A DNA stretch of 64,000 nucleotides from Octopus vulgaris (Eukaryota): positions 13,268,001-13,332,000 of the forward strand of contig OX597822.1 of assembly GCA_951406725.2 (NCBI GenBank). The letters are read 5' to 3'. Each line of letters opens with the position of its first letter. Within the stretch, counting starts at the first letter, position 1. Below are positions 14,382 through 26,516 of the stretch, one piece after another. The position numbers and the translations under genes are program-made. The notes below the pieces were generated by a model. That model had not been told where the DNA came from. It saw only the letters and a list, made by a program, of their open reading frames with translations, and did not search any database.

Positions 14382-14989
14382 TCGTTTTGTTTCTTTATCT
14401 CTTAATTACACACGCTGTCTCTTCTCCCTCACCCTCGCTATCTAACAATCTATCTCTCTATATCTTTCTCGCTATCTCTATAACTATCTCTTATCTAAAT
14501 ATCTATTTCTACAACGGTATCAGTATTCATATCTGTTTGTTTTTCCACCATATTGCTATGGCGTCAATTTCTGATGCACGTTATTCCTATTGTTAGTGTT
14601 CTGTTCTTAACAGATTTCAACGAGTAAAAAGCAAGAAAAATAAAACAAAACAAAACAGAAAAAATTCATATTTCATGCCTTATTTGGTAATTACATATTT
14701 ATTATTTTATTATTGTTATTGCAGTTCTTGTTTTTTTGGCTAATTTTATATTATATTTTATATTAGTTTTATTTGATTTAGAGTTTTTAGCAGTCATATT
14801 GGAACTAACAACGACGAACATACCCCATCGTGGCTAAAAACGTCTGTTGTTAAATAATTCTAGAATGAAACACACAAATAGACAAACGTAAATACGGACT
14901 CAAGCGTACGCACGGATATATTAGAACAGACATATAAACATAGTTATACGTGTGTGTGATTATATATATATATGTATATACATATATAT

Positions 14990-15074
<85 letters not shown>

Positions 15075-15205
15075 TTCATCAAAAATTTAGATTCAGATGA
15101 ATATGGTACTTAAGTTAAAGGTACCAGAATTTGGTATGGTATTATCCATATAAATCAAATAGGGTGATTATAATCAAAATAAGCAACAAGGATATCCAAA
15201 GGTAG

Positions 15206-15293
15206 TGTAGTACAATCGTTTCATACTACTTAATTTTATTAAACAATGTAAGTATTACATCAGTTTTAAAATGTAGACCACTCTTCAGCCACA
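15206..15293 (-). ncRNA. Type I hammerhead motif with long stem II, in a TA-flanked element (about 15072-15680)
   Basis: Minus reads TGTGG CTGAAGA gtggtctac...gtagtat GAAAC gatt GTA CTACA. Confidence 0.7.
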
Positions 15294-15709
15294 TATGGAA
15301 TTTTAAAATTAAATTGACAAGATTCATTTTTATATTTATTCCATATGCCAACATTACAAAGAGGGTAGGTATATAGACAGAGAGGTGAATTTCATCAGTA
15401 AAAACATGGTAGTAGAAGATCTTTACTCATGGGCAGATATTTTATCACTGAGTTCACTTTGTTATTTAGATTTACCAATGGGGAGGGGGTCTTCTATTAA
15501 GTTCAATGGAGACAATCAAGAATTTTTCTAATTATAGATGGAGGAAGTGGCAGTTTAAATGGCCGAGCCATAAATCCAACCCTTTTGTGAGGAATTTAAC
15601 TTTGACACATTTGAGTGTATTTTAGCTAAAGTTAGTAGGCTGAAGCTAGGGAGAAGTAGGGAGAATAGAGACTTCTAATGCCCTCGACTTACTCGACCGA
15701 ACTATCATT

Positions 15710-15925
15710 TTCTTTTATTTGTTTCTGCCATTGGATGCAGCCACGCTGGAGCACTCCCTTGCAAGGTTTTTTTTGTCTGAAAAATGAAAGCCAGTGCTTA
15801 TATTTTATGTTTATGGTTGCCACTAACTTTATTGGTCTCTTTTACCGAAGCGATAGCTTACGGTTTCATAAACAAACCAACACCGAAGCGGTGCGAGGAG
15901 AAAGACACAAAGACACACACACAAA
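15710..15925 (-). mobile_element. SINE group A 3' part, degenerate
   Basis: gcagccacgctggagcact...accaacaccg...gacacaaagacacac. Confidence 0.65.
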
Positions 15926-16567
15926 CATACATACACACATACATACAACATACATACATACGTACATATATATATACATATATATATATAATATAATATA
16001 ATATAAATAGTATATAAATATATACATATATACATACATATATGCACATACCTACATATATATGTATATATATATATGGATATATGGGTACAGTAGATAA
16101 AAAACCTGAACAAAATAAGAAACGAGAACATGAATAAGAAAAACATAGAAAACGAACATTTTTCGAACAACGAAAGAAACAGAGAAACGAGACATGCAAC
16201 ATAAATAACTTTTCCTTTATCAGTTGTTCTCTGTTTTATCTACTCCGCTTTTCGAAGGTAGGGACAAATATATATATATGTGTGTGTGTATGTGTGTGTG
16301 CGTGTATACATATATAATTAGAAAAAGGAGAAACCACAGATTAAAAAACACATCAATTGGACCACATTTATAGCTTATTTTTTAATACAAAGCACGATAT
16401 AAAATAGGTGACGTAACATATCTTACGGCTGTTTCTGATCTGTTACCAAAATGGTGTCTATAAATAAATGCGAGAATAAAGTTTTTCATCTTAATAGGGC
16501 ATTCGATAATATTACGGATATTTTATCCCTTAGTCGGTTATTATAACCGCTAACTCTATTTACAATT

Positions 16568-16625
<58 letters not shown>

Positions 16626-16828
16626 GGATTTAACATAAACCGAAAAATTTAACAAGAACACACCAAAATGAAAATTTTACAAAAACCATAACAAACGAAA
16701 AATTCGTAGCTAATTGCTCGTTAGTCAACATCCGAAAGATCATAACAATGGGAATAGTTAACGAACGTACAAGACATTGACGTAAAGAAATATTACAAAC
16801 TAAACTAATTATCATAATTAAACGTATA

Positions 16829-17821
16829 CTGGTTGAATTACCCGACGTTGCCCGGGTTACTGTTGTCCTTGTTCAGATTAGTAATCAATAAATATGAAGA
16901 TATATTTGTTTTTCTCACAATGATTTCAAAATATCTATATTTTATTTTAAAATCTCCAAATTGTAATGACAATAGAACTTAGAACTGAAAATCAATCAAT
17001 TTTGAAGCACCTCGCTGTAAACAATATCTGTTGTGTAATTTTGTTTTTTGGTGTCCAAATGAATGAATTGTTGCTGCTTCCAACTCGTGAGCCACGAACA
17101 TTTGGTCGTGGGAGAAGCGTGTAGTAGAGAGATGAAGTCCAACTATCTGGAAATACCAAAACTTAGTTTGACTGGAAACTGAAGCCTTTTAAATTCAAAT
17201 GGAACATCTGTAGGTATGAGAGAAAATTTTGGAATAAAGGCATTCTCTTTTTTGTGACTACCATTATGATTATTGCTTGTAGGAAATAGGGTTTCATGGA
17301 AGTAACAATTGAGTTCCATTACCCATGTGAGTTGGATCAAGATTCCTAAAGAACATAATGGAAGCATCCAGCTTTAGAGTCGAGTTATGCGGTGACATCC
17401 CAGTGGGTTTGAGTGTGTTCAGAAATTCAGCAGGGTATTGAACAGCCTGATCTTGATCGACTGTTGTCAGTTGATCGAAAAGTCAATTCTGATGTATCTG
17501 TTAATTTTTGAAGAAGTTCATGATTGAGTTTATCAACCATTTCATGAGTTGGAGCCCGTATAGCTCTTTCAAATAGCCAGATGGCATCAGTGTAATTGGC
17601 AATCACACATACACTCACACATACATACACTCTCACATACACTCACATACATAAACGAAGATAGACACACAGACATACATAAACGAAGATAGACACACAG
17701 ACATGCATTTACGTAACGAACGCGCAAACACGCACACACACTGACAGACACATACACACTCATATACAAAATGTGTCGTCGTGATACAAAACGTCGTATA
17801 CTATAGTTGACTATAGAAAGA
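16829..17821 (-). mobile_element. Internally deleted Helitron
   Basis: Minus: 5' A|TCTTTCTATA; 3' hairpin cccgggcaacgtcggg followed by CCAG|T (CTAG variant); contains helicase remnant. Confidence 0.8.
17146..17600 (-). pseudogene. Helitron RepHel PIF1-like helicase fragment (frameshifted)
   Basis: Manual translation gives NYTDAIWLFERAIRAP, EFLNTLKPTGMSPHNSTLKLDASIMFFRNLDPTHMGNGT and IPKFSLIPTDVPFEFKRLQFPVKLSF, all classic Helitron helicase motifs. Confidence 0.9.
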
Positions 17822-18399
17822 TTATTTTCGAGAAAATGTTATATTGTTGTAATCCAAACGAAAATAAAAATCCCATGTAGCGGAACCCTCGTCAGTCGTG
17901 TACAGCGGGAGGGAAGATGTCACTACGCCTAGGGTTACGGTTCCTTTACGATAAGGAGTAGACGTGATTGTTTATGGCTACAACCTTCACATTACTATCC
18001 TGCTACACAGTTACTGCTAAGTCCTCTTGGAATATTTTAGCTTTGTAAATTAAAAACTAATTTTTAGCTTAAAATTGTTTTGGTGACGGCAAAGAGAATC
18101 GATCATATGTTTTTTGTTGAGAAGTTTTTACCTTTCATTTCCCGAAACCTATTGTGGACCAGGAGTGCCACTAAATAATTATTGCACATATTATGTTTAG
18201 ACTTCTCCCTTTCAGGTTCGAAATGCGCCGCGATGAGCACGTGGTATTCCTTTTCGATGAAATTCTTATGTTTCATTCCCTGGCTCTGAACGTTCCATTT
18301 GCTGCGCCGATATTATCTATGTTAGTGTTTTCTATTTCGGATTCATTCTCTTTGCACTGCTGGAGCTTAAAAATACTTTTAAACGACTGACAGGAATGA

Positions 18400-18900
18400 T
18401 CTAGATCTGGAATGAAAACATCTATATTCAGTCGTAGGTTGTTGACCACTTGATATTTCGATATTAATATATCAGATCGGTAATTTTGGTTCTGCTTGAA
18501 ACGGTAGCTAACTTTTATATTGATCTATTGATCTTATTAAAGACTGTGTGCTACTTGAGGCAGATTCGGAAATGTTGAATTTCCTTTTAGCTCTTCATTA
18601 CAGGATGGTTCAAGCAAGTAAAATATTATTTTACCACGGGATAGTGCTGACATTCTCCTGCTTCCTTTATTGATTAGATTTTGTATTACTGAAGGCAGGT
18701 ATTAGTGGGTAGATAGAGTGTCCGTTTATAAATATAATTGCGAATTTATATTTTGTTTTCCCTTTTTGTTAATTATTTTACCAATGTAACGTTTAGTGTT
18801 ATACCTAGTAAACTGCGCATCAATGTATTGGTTGAAGTCCTTGAAAGCATTTAAGTTTGTCCGTCGTGCGAGCGACTCTGCCACCTCATCGCCTTACTAT
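18400..18900 (-). pseudogene. Decayed Penelope-like RT, C-terminal part
   Basis: Manual translation: FKDFN, LLGITLNV (FLDVTLNL-like), FINGHSIYP (SNHPP-like), RRMSALSRGKIIFYLLEPSCNEELK. Confidence 0.55.
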
Positions 18901-18939
18901 TCTACAAATGATGTCTTTATGACAAAGCATCAACGTCTG

Positions 18940-19410
18940 TCATCCATGGAAACACAAAGATCTTCATATCTGTTGATAAAAAAGGGGGAAATGCACTTCG
19001 CAGAGACCCCATAGAAAGCTACCCCGCAAAACCTCTCCCGAGCAAAACTGTAAAATTAGGTAAAAAAAATAATAACAAAACTCCAGTCCCCAACTATTAC
19101 AATGTAATCAGTTTGAAAGCAAATATCAACCACCAGTTTACAGATGAAACAGAGTTCTTTAGTCATTCGTCAAGCCTGCATCCTCTTGAAAGCCCAGGAA
19201 ACCAATTTCGTAGCCGACCCTTAACTATGGACGCATTTGATCAAGAAAAATTAGTGTAGTTAACAAAATCATTCTAGCAAACCATCAACGACAAAATCAA
19301 TCAAGCAGCAAATTTAATGCAGTGGAGCAACTTCAAAATTGTAACCGAACTGCTTAAAAGGAAATATCACATAAATTTACTCAGTTCGACAAACAAAATT
19401 TCACTCATTA
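18940..19410 (+). pseudogene. Decayed Penelope-like RT, N-terminal part (inverted relative to 18400-18900)
   Basis: KIFISVDK (ADK-like), INDKINQAANLMQWSN (LNQWKN-like), HKFTQFD. Confidence 0.55.
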
Positions 19411-19830
19411 ATTGGAAAACACATTTCATGTATTAAACATAGCCAGCAACTTCAAGAGGTATGAAAATGCGTCCGAGAATCACTTCTGTCCTCTGATGAT
19501 TGTTAACGAAGAGATGAAGAAGATAACGAACGAGTTTTTCGATGTTAGTACGGATACATATAACAGGGTTGAGATGACGTAAAATGACGCAAAAATGATG
19601 GTCAGCCAGCTTTTCCACTAATACATTTAGTATACTAATACAATTAAGTGTATTGAAAAACTGTTTTTTCCGCATTTTGCTGGGAAGCAATCGTAGTTGC
19701 AGTTTTTCTCCATAGCAGTTTACCCTCAAAGAGAAAAGCTTTCAGAGGCGAAGTCTTGGAAAAATCAAATAATTGAACCATGCTTTGGAATCACAACAAA
19801 GCAATATCGTGTGAGAGCACTTTCAGGAAA

Positions 19831-19870
<40 letters not shown>

Positions 19871-19941
19871 CGAACGAATGCCCGCACGCATATACATACG
19901 TATAGTTACACACACATATATATATACATACATACATATAT

Positions 19942-19976
<35 letters not shown>

Positions 19977-20047
19977 CGCGCGCGCGCGCGCGCACACACA
20001 TATATATATATATGCTGTTGTGCCTGGGGAGAGTCATTCTCTTTTAC

Positions 20048-20145
20048 TGACTTATAATTTAACACACTCAGCGGTAAAATTTCCACATTTCTTTTTTATT
20101 TTTCTAAAATCTTCGTTGCGTCTTGCAACCTTTTTAATAGTTTTG

Positions 20146-20222
<77 letters not shown>

Positions 20223-20275
20223 GGATAGATAGATAGACAGATAGATATAGATATAGATATACACGTATATGCGTA

Positions 20276-20311
<36 letters not shown>

Positions 20312-20333
20312 TGTGTGTGTGTGTGTGTGTGTG

Positions 20334-20373
<40 letters not shown>

Positions 20374-20550
20374 TATGTATATATGTATAGATGGATGGAT
20401 GGAGGGTGAGATGGATTTGTGGATGGATGAATAAATAGATATATGTAAATTTATAGTAGTTTTGAAAAGATTACAAGACGCAACGAAAATTTTAGAAAAA
20501 TATAAAAAGAAATAAGCGCAAATTTTATCGGTGGGTTAAATTATAAGTCA
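20048..20550. mobile_element. MITE-like element with about 90-bp imperfect TIRs around microsatellites
   Basis: tgacttataatttaac...ttctaaaatcttcgttgcgtcttg mirrored by caagacgcaacgaaaattttagaa...gttaaattataagtca. Confidence 0.75.
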
Positions 20551-20599
20551 ACAACACACGAACTCACATAAAGAATCTTGCAAAATAAATCCCAAAACG

Positions 20600-20642
<43 letters not shown>

Positions 20643-20645
<3 letters not shown>

Positions 20646-20691
20646 CATCTAGTTTCAGCTCACGAGCTGTAGCCATGCTGAGGCACCGCCA
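20643..20691 (-). mobile_element. About 50-bp CR1-type 3' tail insertion in (TA)n; second copy 30731-30776
   Basis: tttcagctcacgagctgt(a/g)gccatgctg(a/g)ggcaccgcc matches the LINE tail at 59454-59494. Confidence 0.7.
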
Positions 20692-20717
20692 TTCATATAT
20701 ATATATAAATATACATA

Positions 20718-20808
20718 CGTGTTTCTGACGTGAATTTGCTACCCAGGTTTCGGTTAAACGAATTTTCCATGCTGACTATAAACATAAGATAATTCATTCA
20801 CCTACTTA
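20718..20808 (+). mobile_element. 3' end fragment of the HHR element family at 55697-56151
   Basis: Reverse complement of 55697-55788 (ttgctacccagg...ttcattcacctactta). Confidence 0.8.
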
Positions 20809-20814
20809 TATATT

Positions 20815-20975
20815 CTTATATCCGTGTTTCTTTTCTGTGTATCTTTCTGTTGAAGAGCGTAAGCTCGAAACGTAAAAGAGTTGTTTTATTTATATTCCTG
20901 AGCGCCATACTAATACAATTGTTTGTTTGTACTCCACCTGCCTTCGTCTTTTGTTTATTTTCATAAAGCTTCCCG
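20815..20975 (+). mobile_element. Short element with variant HHR (CUGUUGA core); family copies at about 22963-23130, 28770-28925 and 44025-44175 (-) and 46351-46445 (+)
   Basis: TCTTT CTGTTGA a GAGC gtaa GCTC GAAAC GTA AAAGA at 20842-20879; shared downstream cc(t/c)gagcg...tgtttgtt...cacctg.cttcgtctttt. Confidence 0.75.
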
Positions 20976-21089
<114 letters not shown>

Positions 21090-21758
21090 TATATATATAC
21101 ACACATATATATATACACACATACATATATATTGATAGATAGATATATAGATAGATAGATACCTACAAATATATATATACACACATAAGCATATGTATAT
21201 ATGCATATATAAGTGTGTGAGTGTGTTTGTATGTGCATGTGTGTCTTTGTACATGTGTGTAGTAGTACTGCGCATGCGGGTGTTTTCTGCACTATGTACG
21301 GTAGTTTATTTCAATACAAGCAAAACTTTCCTGGTGTTACATTAGATCTTAAGGTAAAAATTAGATGTGGTTATCAAGAAATGGCTTAAGTTTGAGCCTT
21401 GATGTTTAAAGGGAAACAAAGAATTGCCTATAAACACCAAACAACATGGTTTCCTTTTTGCTTTCTTTCTTTATAGATATGTATGTATGTATGGATGGAT
21501 GGATGGATGGATTTGTGGACGAATGGATAAATAGATATTTATATATAAATTTTTAGTATATTTCAGTGACTCCTAATATATATCTAGACGCGTACATATC
21601 CAAAATCAATATTGATATTTGCTCTGGAGCAAATTTTGTTTCGTAATTCCGTGTTTCATGTGAAATCTTATCAGATGTATAATTATAAACCGAAATTACA
21701 AAGAAACAGTGTACATATATGCAGGTGCTTTACCGGCAAACTACCAGGTGTACATATA

Positions 21759-22422
21759 TCTATATATATAAAACTCAACTTGTGTGTCTGTGTGTGTATC
21801 TGTGTGTGTGTCTGTGTGTTTAACTTCCCGGCACATCTCCTAGTCAACAAATCGTAGAACCACCAAAGATGGGTCACTTAAAGTTTAGGTAAATGAAAAT
21901 TGAACTGCGCTATTTCTGTTCCGAAATTCATCTCGCAAGTGCAAATATCGATAATGTGTTTGTTTAGGCCTTATCCCATGCATTGAATAGTGAACTTTAC
22001 TCAGTCAGCTGTTTGACGTGAACTGTGTTCACCACGCGTGCAAGCATGCGTATATTGCATGAAAAATAAAAATGAAGATATAAAAACGAATCGCCGTAAA
22101 CATTGTAGAAATTCGGCAAAGAAATGAATTTTCGGGATGTAGCCTGGAGGGTGTTTTCGTATTAATCGTTTGGACTTTGTGAACACATACCAATTGTTTT
22201 CATAACATTTTTAACGCTTCGAATTAAATGTGACCATTTTGCGTTGAGTCTGCAGTTTGAATCACTTTAACCAAATTTTAGCAGACCGGATTTTTGATCA
22301 TCACGATACATCGCCAGCGACTCCCTGAAACTCTCCCCTGAAATCCCCGCTGAGAAATCTATATATATAAAACTCAACATGTGTGTCTGTGTGTGTATCT
22401 CTGTGTGTGTCTGTGTTTAACT
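21759..22422 (+). mobile_element. Helitron-type 5' ends repeated at 21759 and 22358
   Basis: A|TCTATATATATAAAACTCAAC(t/a)tgtgtgtctgtgtgtgtatct occurs twice. Confidence 0.6.
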
Positions 22423-22473
22423 TTTGGATCTACCAAGTTTTATTATTAAGGATGGAAAGTAGTGTGTAGCAAA

Positions 22474-22862
22474 TCTCTATATATAAAGCTGAAGTTGTCT
22501 GTGTGTGGCAGGTTTGGTAGCCTTCAACTAACACTATCTCCTTCGAGACCCTGCAGCGGAAGTTGACCAAAATTGAGAGTATGATAGACGAATGGTTGCT
22601 CTTCATTCTGTAGTAGAGAAAACTCAAATCGGACCATGTTAACACCAAAAATTATTTACATCAAAAAGGTGCTTTTTGTCTATGAAAATCCCTATTTTTT
22701 ACGATTTTTGACTGCTGTGTCACCATTTTTCGGTGTATTTCAACTGGAAAAATGTTCACTTGAAGAGAATAACAAGTTGCATAATGCAAAATTTTTACTT
22801 TTCAAAAATTCCAATTCTAAAGGGTCGTAACAGACCCAAGCAACACCGGGTGATATTGCTAG
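22474..22862 (+). mobile_element. Non-autonomous Helitron
   Basis: A|TC start, subterminal hairpin cccaagcaacaccggg, CTAG|T end; second copy at 50131-50512. Confidence 0.85.
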
Positions 22863-22882
22863 TTTATATATATATATATATA

Positions 22883-22945
<63 letters not shown>

Positions 22946-24041
22946 ATGTATGTATGTATACATAGTGAGAATTTACAAAGAAAATAGACGAAGATGGGTG
23001 TGTAAACAACAAACAAATGTATTTTTTAACGCTTGGGAAATGAGAAAGTATTTTACGTTTCGAGCCTACGCTCTTCGAGAGAAAGGAACACAGAAATAAA
23101 CAGGGAGAGAAAATACAAAAAGGTTTAGTGGCTAGCGATCAATCATGGCGAGTGCTGGACAGAGGTGTCACACAGGAGAGCTAGATAAAAGGGGAGATAT
23201 TAAAGTAGTAGTGATCCCAAAACGAAGTTGCGCGTACGTGTGTATGTGCGTGTGGAAAGGCGCTGGTAACCTTGACGTGTGCGTGTCTGCATGTGTAGGT
23301 GTAAAGATGATAGTGTAGGTGCTGGGAAGTGGTCAGTGCTAGTGTGTGCGCTGATATATGTATATATATATGTATGTGTGTGTGTGTGTGCGTGTGTGTG
23401 AGTGTATGTTTGTGTAAGTCGTTTCATTTAAGTTTTGCTTTATAGTTTCACTATATAAATATCCATCTCATAAACAAGGCTTTAACAATGCAAATTTGAA
23501 GATTGAAAAATTATCGGTATTGAAAATAACAACTAGAATCCGCCATTTTGATGTTAAAATACGAAATACCAGTAAACTGTAAACTAAGGTAATAACGATT
23601 TACGACACTTTCCTTCTAAAATGCTTTCCATTTCCTTAAGGGGATTTTGACAACTTAAAAGATGTGGAACACCGAGAACCAACGCTGAAATATCAGCTTT
23701 CACCATTGAACCTTATCTATTATAATGTTAGCAGCCTGAGTAATTCTAATGTTGTTTTATTGGTTCTAACGTAATAAGGTCTTCGGCAACTTGGGTATAA
23801 AGGTCATTCGCAAACAGGCCCACTAAAGATAGAAGGGTCCAATTCTTATTTAATATTATAAAGAGTTATCGGTGATATTATTGGCCTTCGAAGGGGTATT
23901 TTTAATCAACATTAATCTCTATGGACTTTAATTGCGACTAGGCATATCTGCGCTCTTGCAATCTACAAATTGAGACCAGCCCGACAAGGCTATGCATATA
24001 TTTGTGTATATATCCATACACACATGCGTGTGCGCGCAAAT

Positions 24042-24105
<64 letters not shown>

Positions 24106-24353
24106 GTAAGACCATAGCGTATCTACTTCTAACATAAGGGTTGTCCACGTTGTGGTCATCCCTCATATATATATGTATGTAATATAATTTTCTGAACCTT
24201 CACATTTTAATATGCTAGACCGGTGGTTTTAAATTGATATTAATGAAATTAATATTCAATTTTTCACCCTTATTTTAAATATATATATATATGGAAAAAA
24301 TGGGGGGGGGGGGCAAGATAGTAAATGCTAAAATAATTTTATAAAAAACATTT

Positions 24354-24389
24354 CAGTATCGGTTTCAGTCATTGAGACTTTTTCAACTG
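24354..24389 (-). ncRNA. Degenerate minimal HHR with U3-A8 core covariation
   Basis: Minus reads aCAG TTGAAAA AGTC tcaat GACT GAAAC cg ATA CTG. Confidence 0.5.
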
Positions 24390-24510
24390 TAACAATTAAA
24401 CAAATTAAATTTAGAAAAATTAAAAGAAAAGTTTTTTCAAAATAATATTTGTATAGTGTTCAAATACAAATGTCATTTTCCTTGTTTCTTCCTGTCTCTG
24501 TCACTCTTGT

Positions 24511-24561
<51 letters not shown>

Positions 24562-24656
24562 GATAAGAAATTGGAGGAAAAACAACAATTGAGAAGAGTG
24601 TCTTTGGTGCAAAAAAGCCATTATTTAATTAGTTCAGCAAGGTAAGGGCAAAGTGA

Positions 24657-24733
24657 GTTTGCAACTGTTTCTGTGTACCATGTTGAAGTAAATACGTATT
24701 TACCTCGTTGCAAATGGTAGTCGTCATCAGAAC
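24657..24733 (-). ncRNA. Degenerate type I HHR with long stem II
   Basis: Minus reads GTT CTGATGA cgac TACCAT...gtaaata cg tatttac...ATGGTA caca GAAAC agtt GCA AAC (U16.1 mutated). Confidence 0.55.
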
Positions 24734-24831
24734 GAAGAAGGGAGAGATAGACAAAGTGGAGAATAGAAGGAGACAGAAGGAGAAGCCGGAAAAATCTATC
24801 CCTTAGAGGATTTAAACACCTCTAACATATA

Positions 24832-24872
<41 letters not shown>

Positions 24873-25213
24873 ATACATTTATGCATGGATCGATAAAAAG
24901 ATACATACATATATATATCTATAATGATGTGTATATATGTATGTAAATAAATATACGTAGAGATATGTGTATACACATATATGAATATATTTAAGCTAAA
25001 CAATCTCCCTTAAATAATGTAGTAATATACATTGTCACTCAGTTTCCTCCGCACTGTGTCGCTTTTTGTCTCAATAAACCAGTTTTCGTACAATAACAAA
25101 TAATTTATAACCCTATAAATAAGTGATATATAATATATACACCTTCTGACAATAAAATAAGGCTTCCATGTCAATTTCTATGTTCAGAAGAGAAAAAAAC
25201 TCTACATTGAGAC

Positions 25214-25730
25214 TATCATCATCATCATCATCATCATCAACATCACCATCATCATCATCATCACCATCACCATCACGTCATCATCATCATCATCAACGTC
25301 ATCATCACCATCACCATCACCACCAGCATCATCACCACTACCATCATCATCATCATCATCATCACTACCACCACCACCATCACCATCACCATTATCATCA
25401 TCACCATCATCGCCACTACCACCACCACCACCATCATCATTATCATCTTCTTCTTCTTCTTCGTTGTCGTCGTCATCATCATCATTGAAGTCCTGTTTCC
25501 CATGCTGCCATGGGTTGTGTAGCTTGACAGGAGCCGGTAAACAGGAGAACTGCACAAGGCCCTATTTTCTGCATTGCTATGGTCCCTACGGCTGGTCGCT
25601 CTTCCCAGTTCCAAAATCTTTACAGAGTCTAACTGGGTGCTTTTCTTTTATGTGACACTGGATCCGGTGCCCTTTACGTGTAACAATGGACACCAGAGGC
25701 GTCGCCAAGTAACTTGCCAGACGAAGGCTT
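25214..25730 (-). mobile_element. Degenerate RTE-tail-type SINE ending in an expanded (GAT/GGT)n tract
   Basis: tcctgtttcccatgctgccatgggttg and ctacggctggtcgctcttccc next to a 270-bp (CAT/CAC)n tract; family assignment from memory of RTE-type tails. Confidence 0.5.
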
Positions 25731-25913
25731 CTCGGCTAGGAACAGGAGTGGGACCGTGGGAAGCGACTTTGGACTAAGTAAAAAGTTAGGGCTATGATAG
25801 GGAGATGAGGAGATACTTGGCTACCCCATTGGGAAAAGAGAGGAGAAAAGAAAAGAGATAGAGATTTAAAGAGAAAGATAGAGAGATAGTCAGAGTGAGA
25901 GTAAGTGAGAGAT

Positions 25914-25950
<37 letters not shown>

Positions 25951-26061
25951 GATGGGTTCGGAGATATACAGACGGGATGAAGGGGAATGTTCCTTCAGAG
26001 TTACATTTTGTGCAGTTTACCACTTTCAAAATAAAACTATTAACTTTTTCAATGGCGTATT

Positions 26062-26268
26062 ACAGGCACAAGGCCTGAAATTTGAGTGGGGGCGGGTGTA
26101 AGTCGATAACACCGACCTCAGTTCTTGATTGGTACTTTATTCTGTCGACTACGAAAGGACGAAACCACAGTAAACCTCAGTAGCATTTGAAATCAGATCG
26201 TAAAGCCGGAAGAAATGTCATTAAGCACTTTGTCCGGTCTGCTAACGGTTCTGGCAGCACTGCGCCTT
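26062..26268 (-). mobile_element. SINE group B
   Basis: aggcacaaggcctgaaattt...tttgaaatcaga...gctaacggttctggcagc...gcctt. Confidence 0.8.
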
Positions 26269-26423
26269 AATGATAATTAAGATCTGAAATTTTAGGGTAG
26301 ATAGTTAATCGATTATATCGACGCCAGTACTTGATTTTCTCGATCACGAATGAATGATAGACAGAGTTGAACCAGATGGCATTTGGTCTTTGCACGTAAC
26401 ACCGGAAGAAAGGTTACTGTTTT

Positions 26424-26516
26424 ATTTACATTATTTACATTTGACGGATATTTTTCCTCATCTTGTTTGTTGTTAACACAACGTTTTGGCTGCTATACCC
26501 TTCAGCCTTCATCAGG
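26424..26516 (-). mobile_element. 5'-truncated copy of the 51.6-52.3 kb HHR element with 13-bp TSD
   Basis: Minus reads CTGATGA a GGCTG...CAGCC aAAAC GTT GTGTT; TSD aggttactgtttt at 26411-26423 and 26514-26526. Confidence 0.8.

Noticed and set aside
16420-16440. GAAACAGCCGTA on minus as a hammerhead
   Set aside because: Only the 3' half is visible; no upstream CUGANGA found, so it was not counted.
25168-25488. Histidine-rich ORF as a metal-binding protein
   Set aside because: It is the (CAT/CAC)n tract at a SINE tail; no splice or coding evidence.
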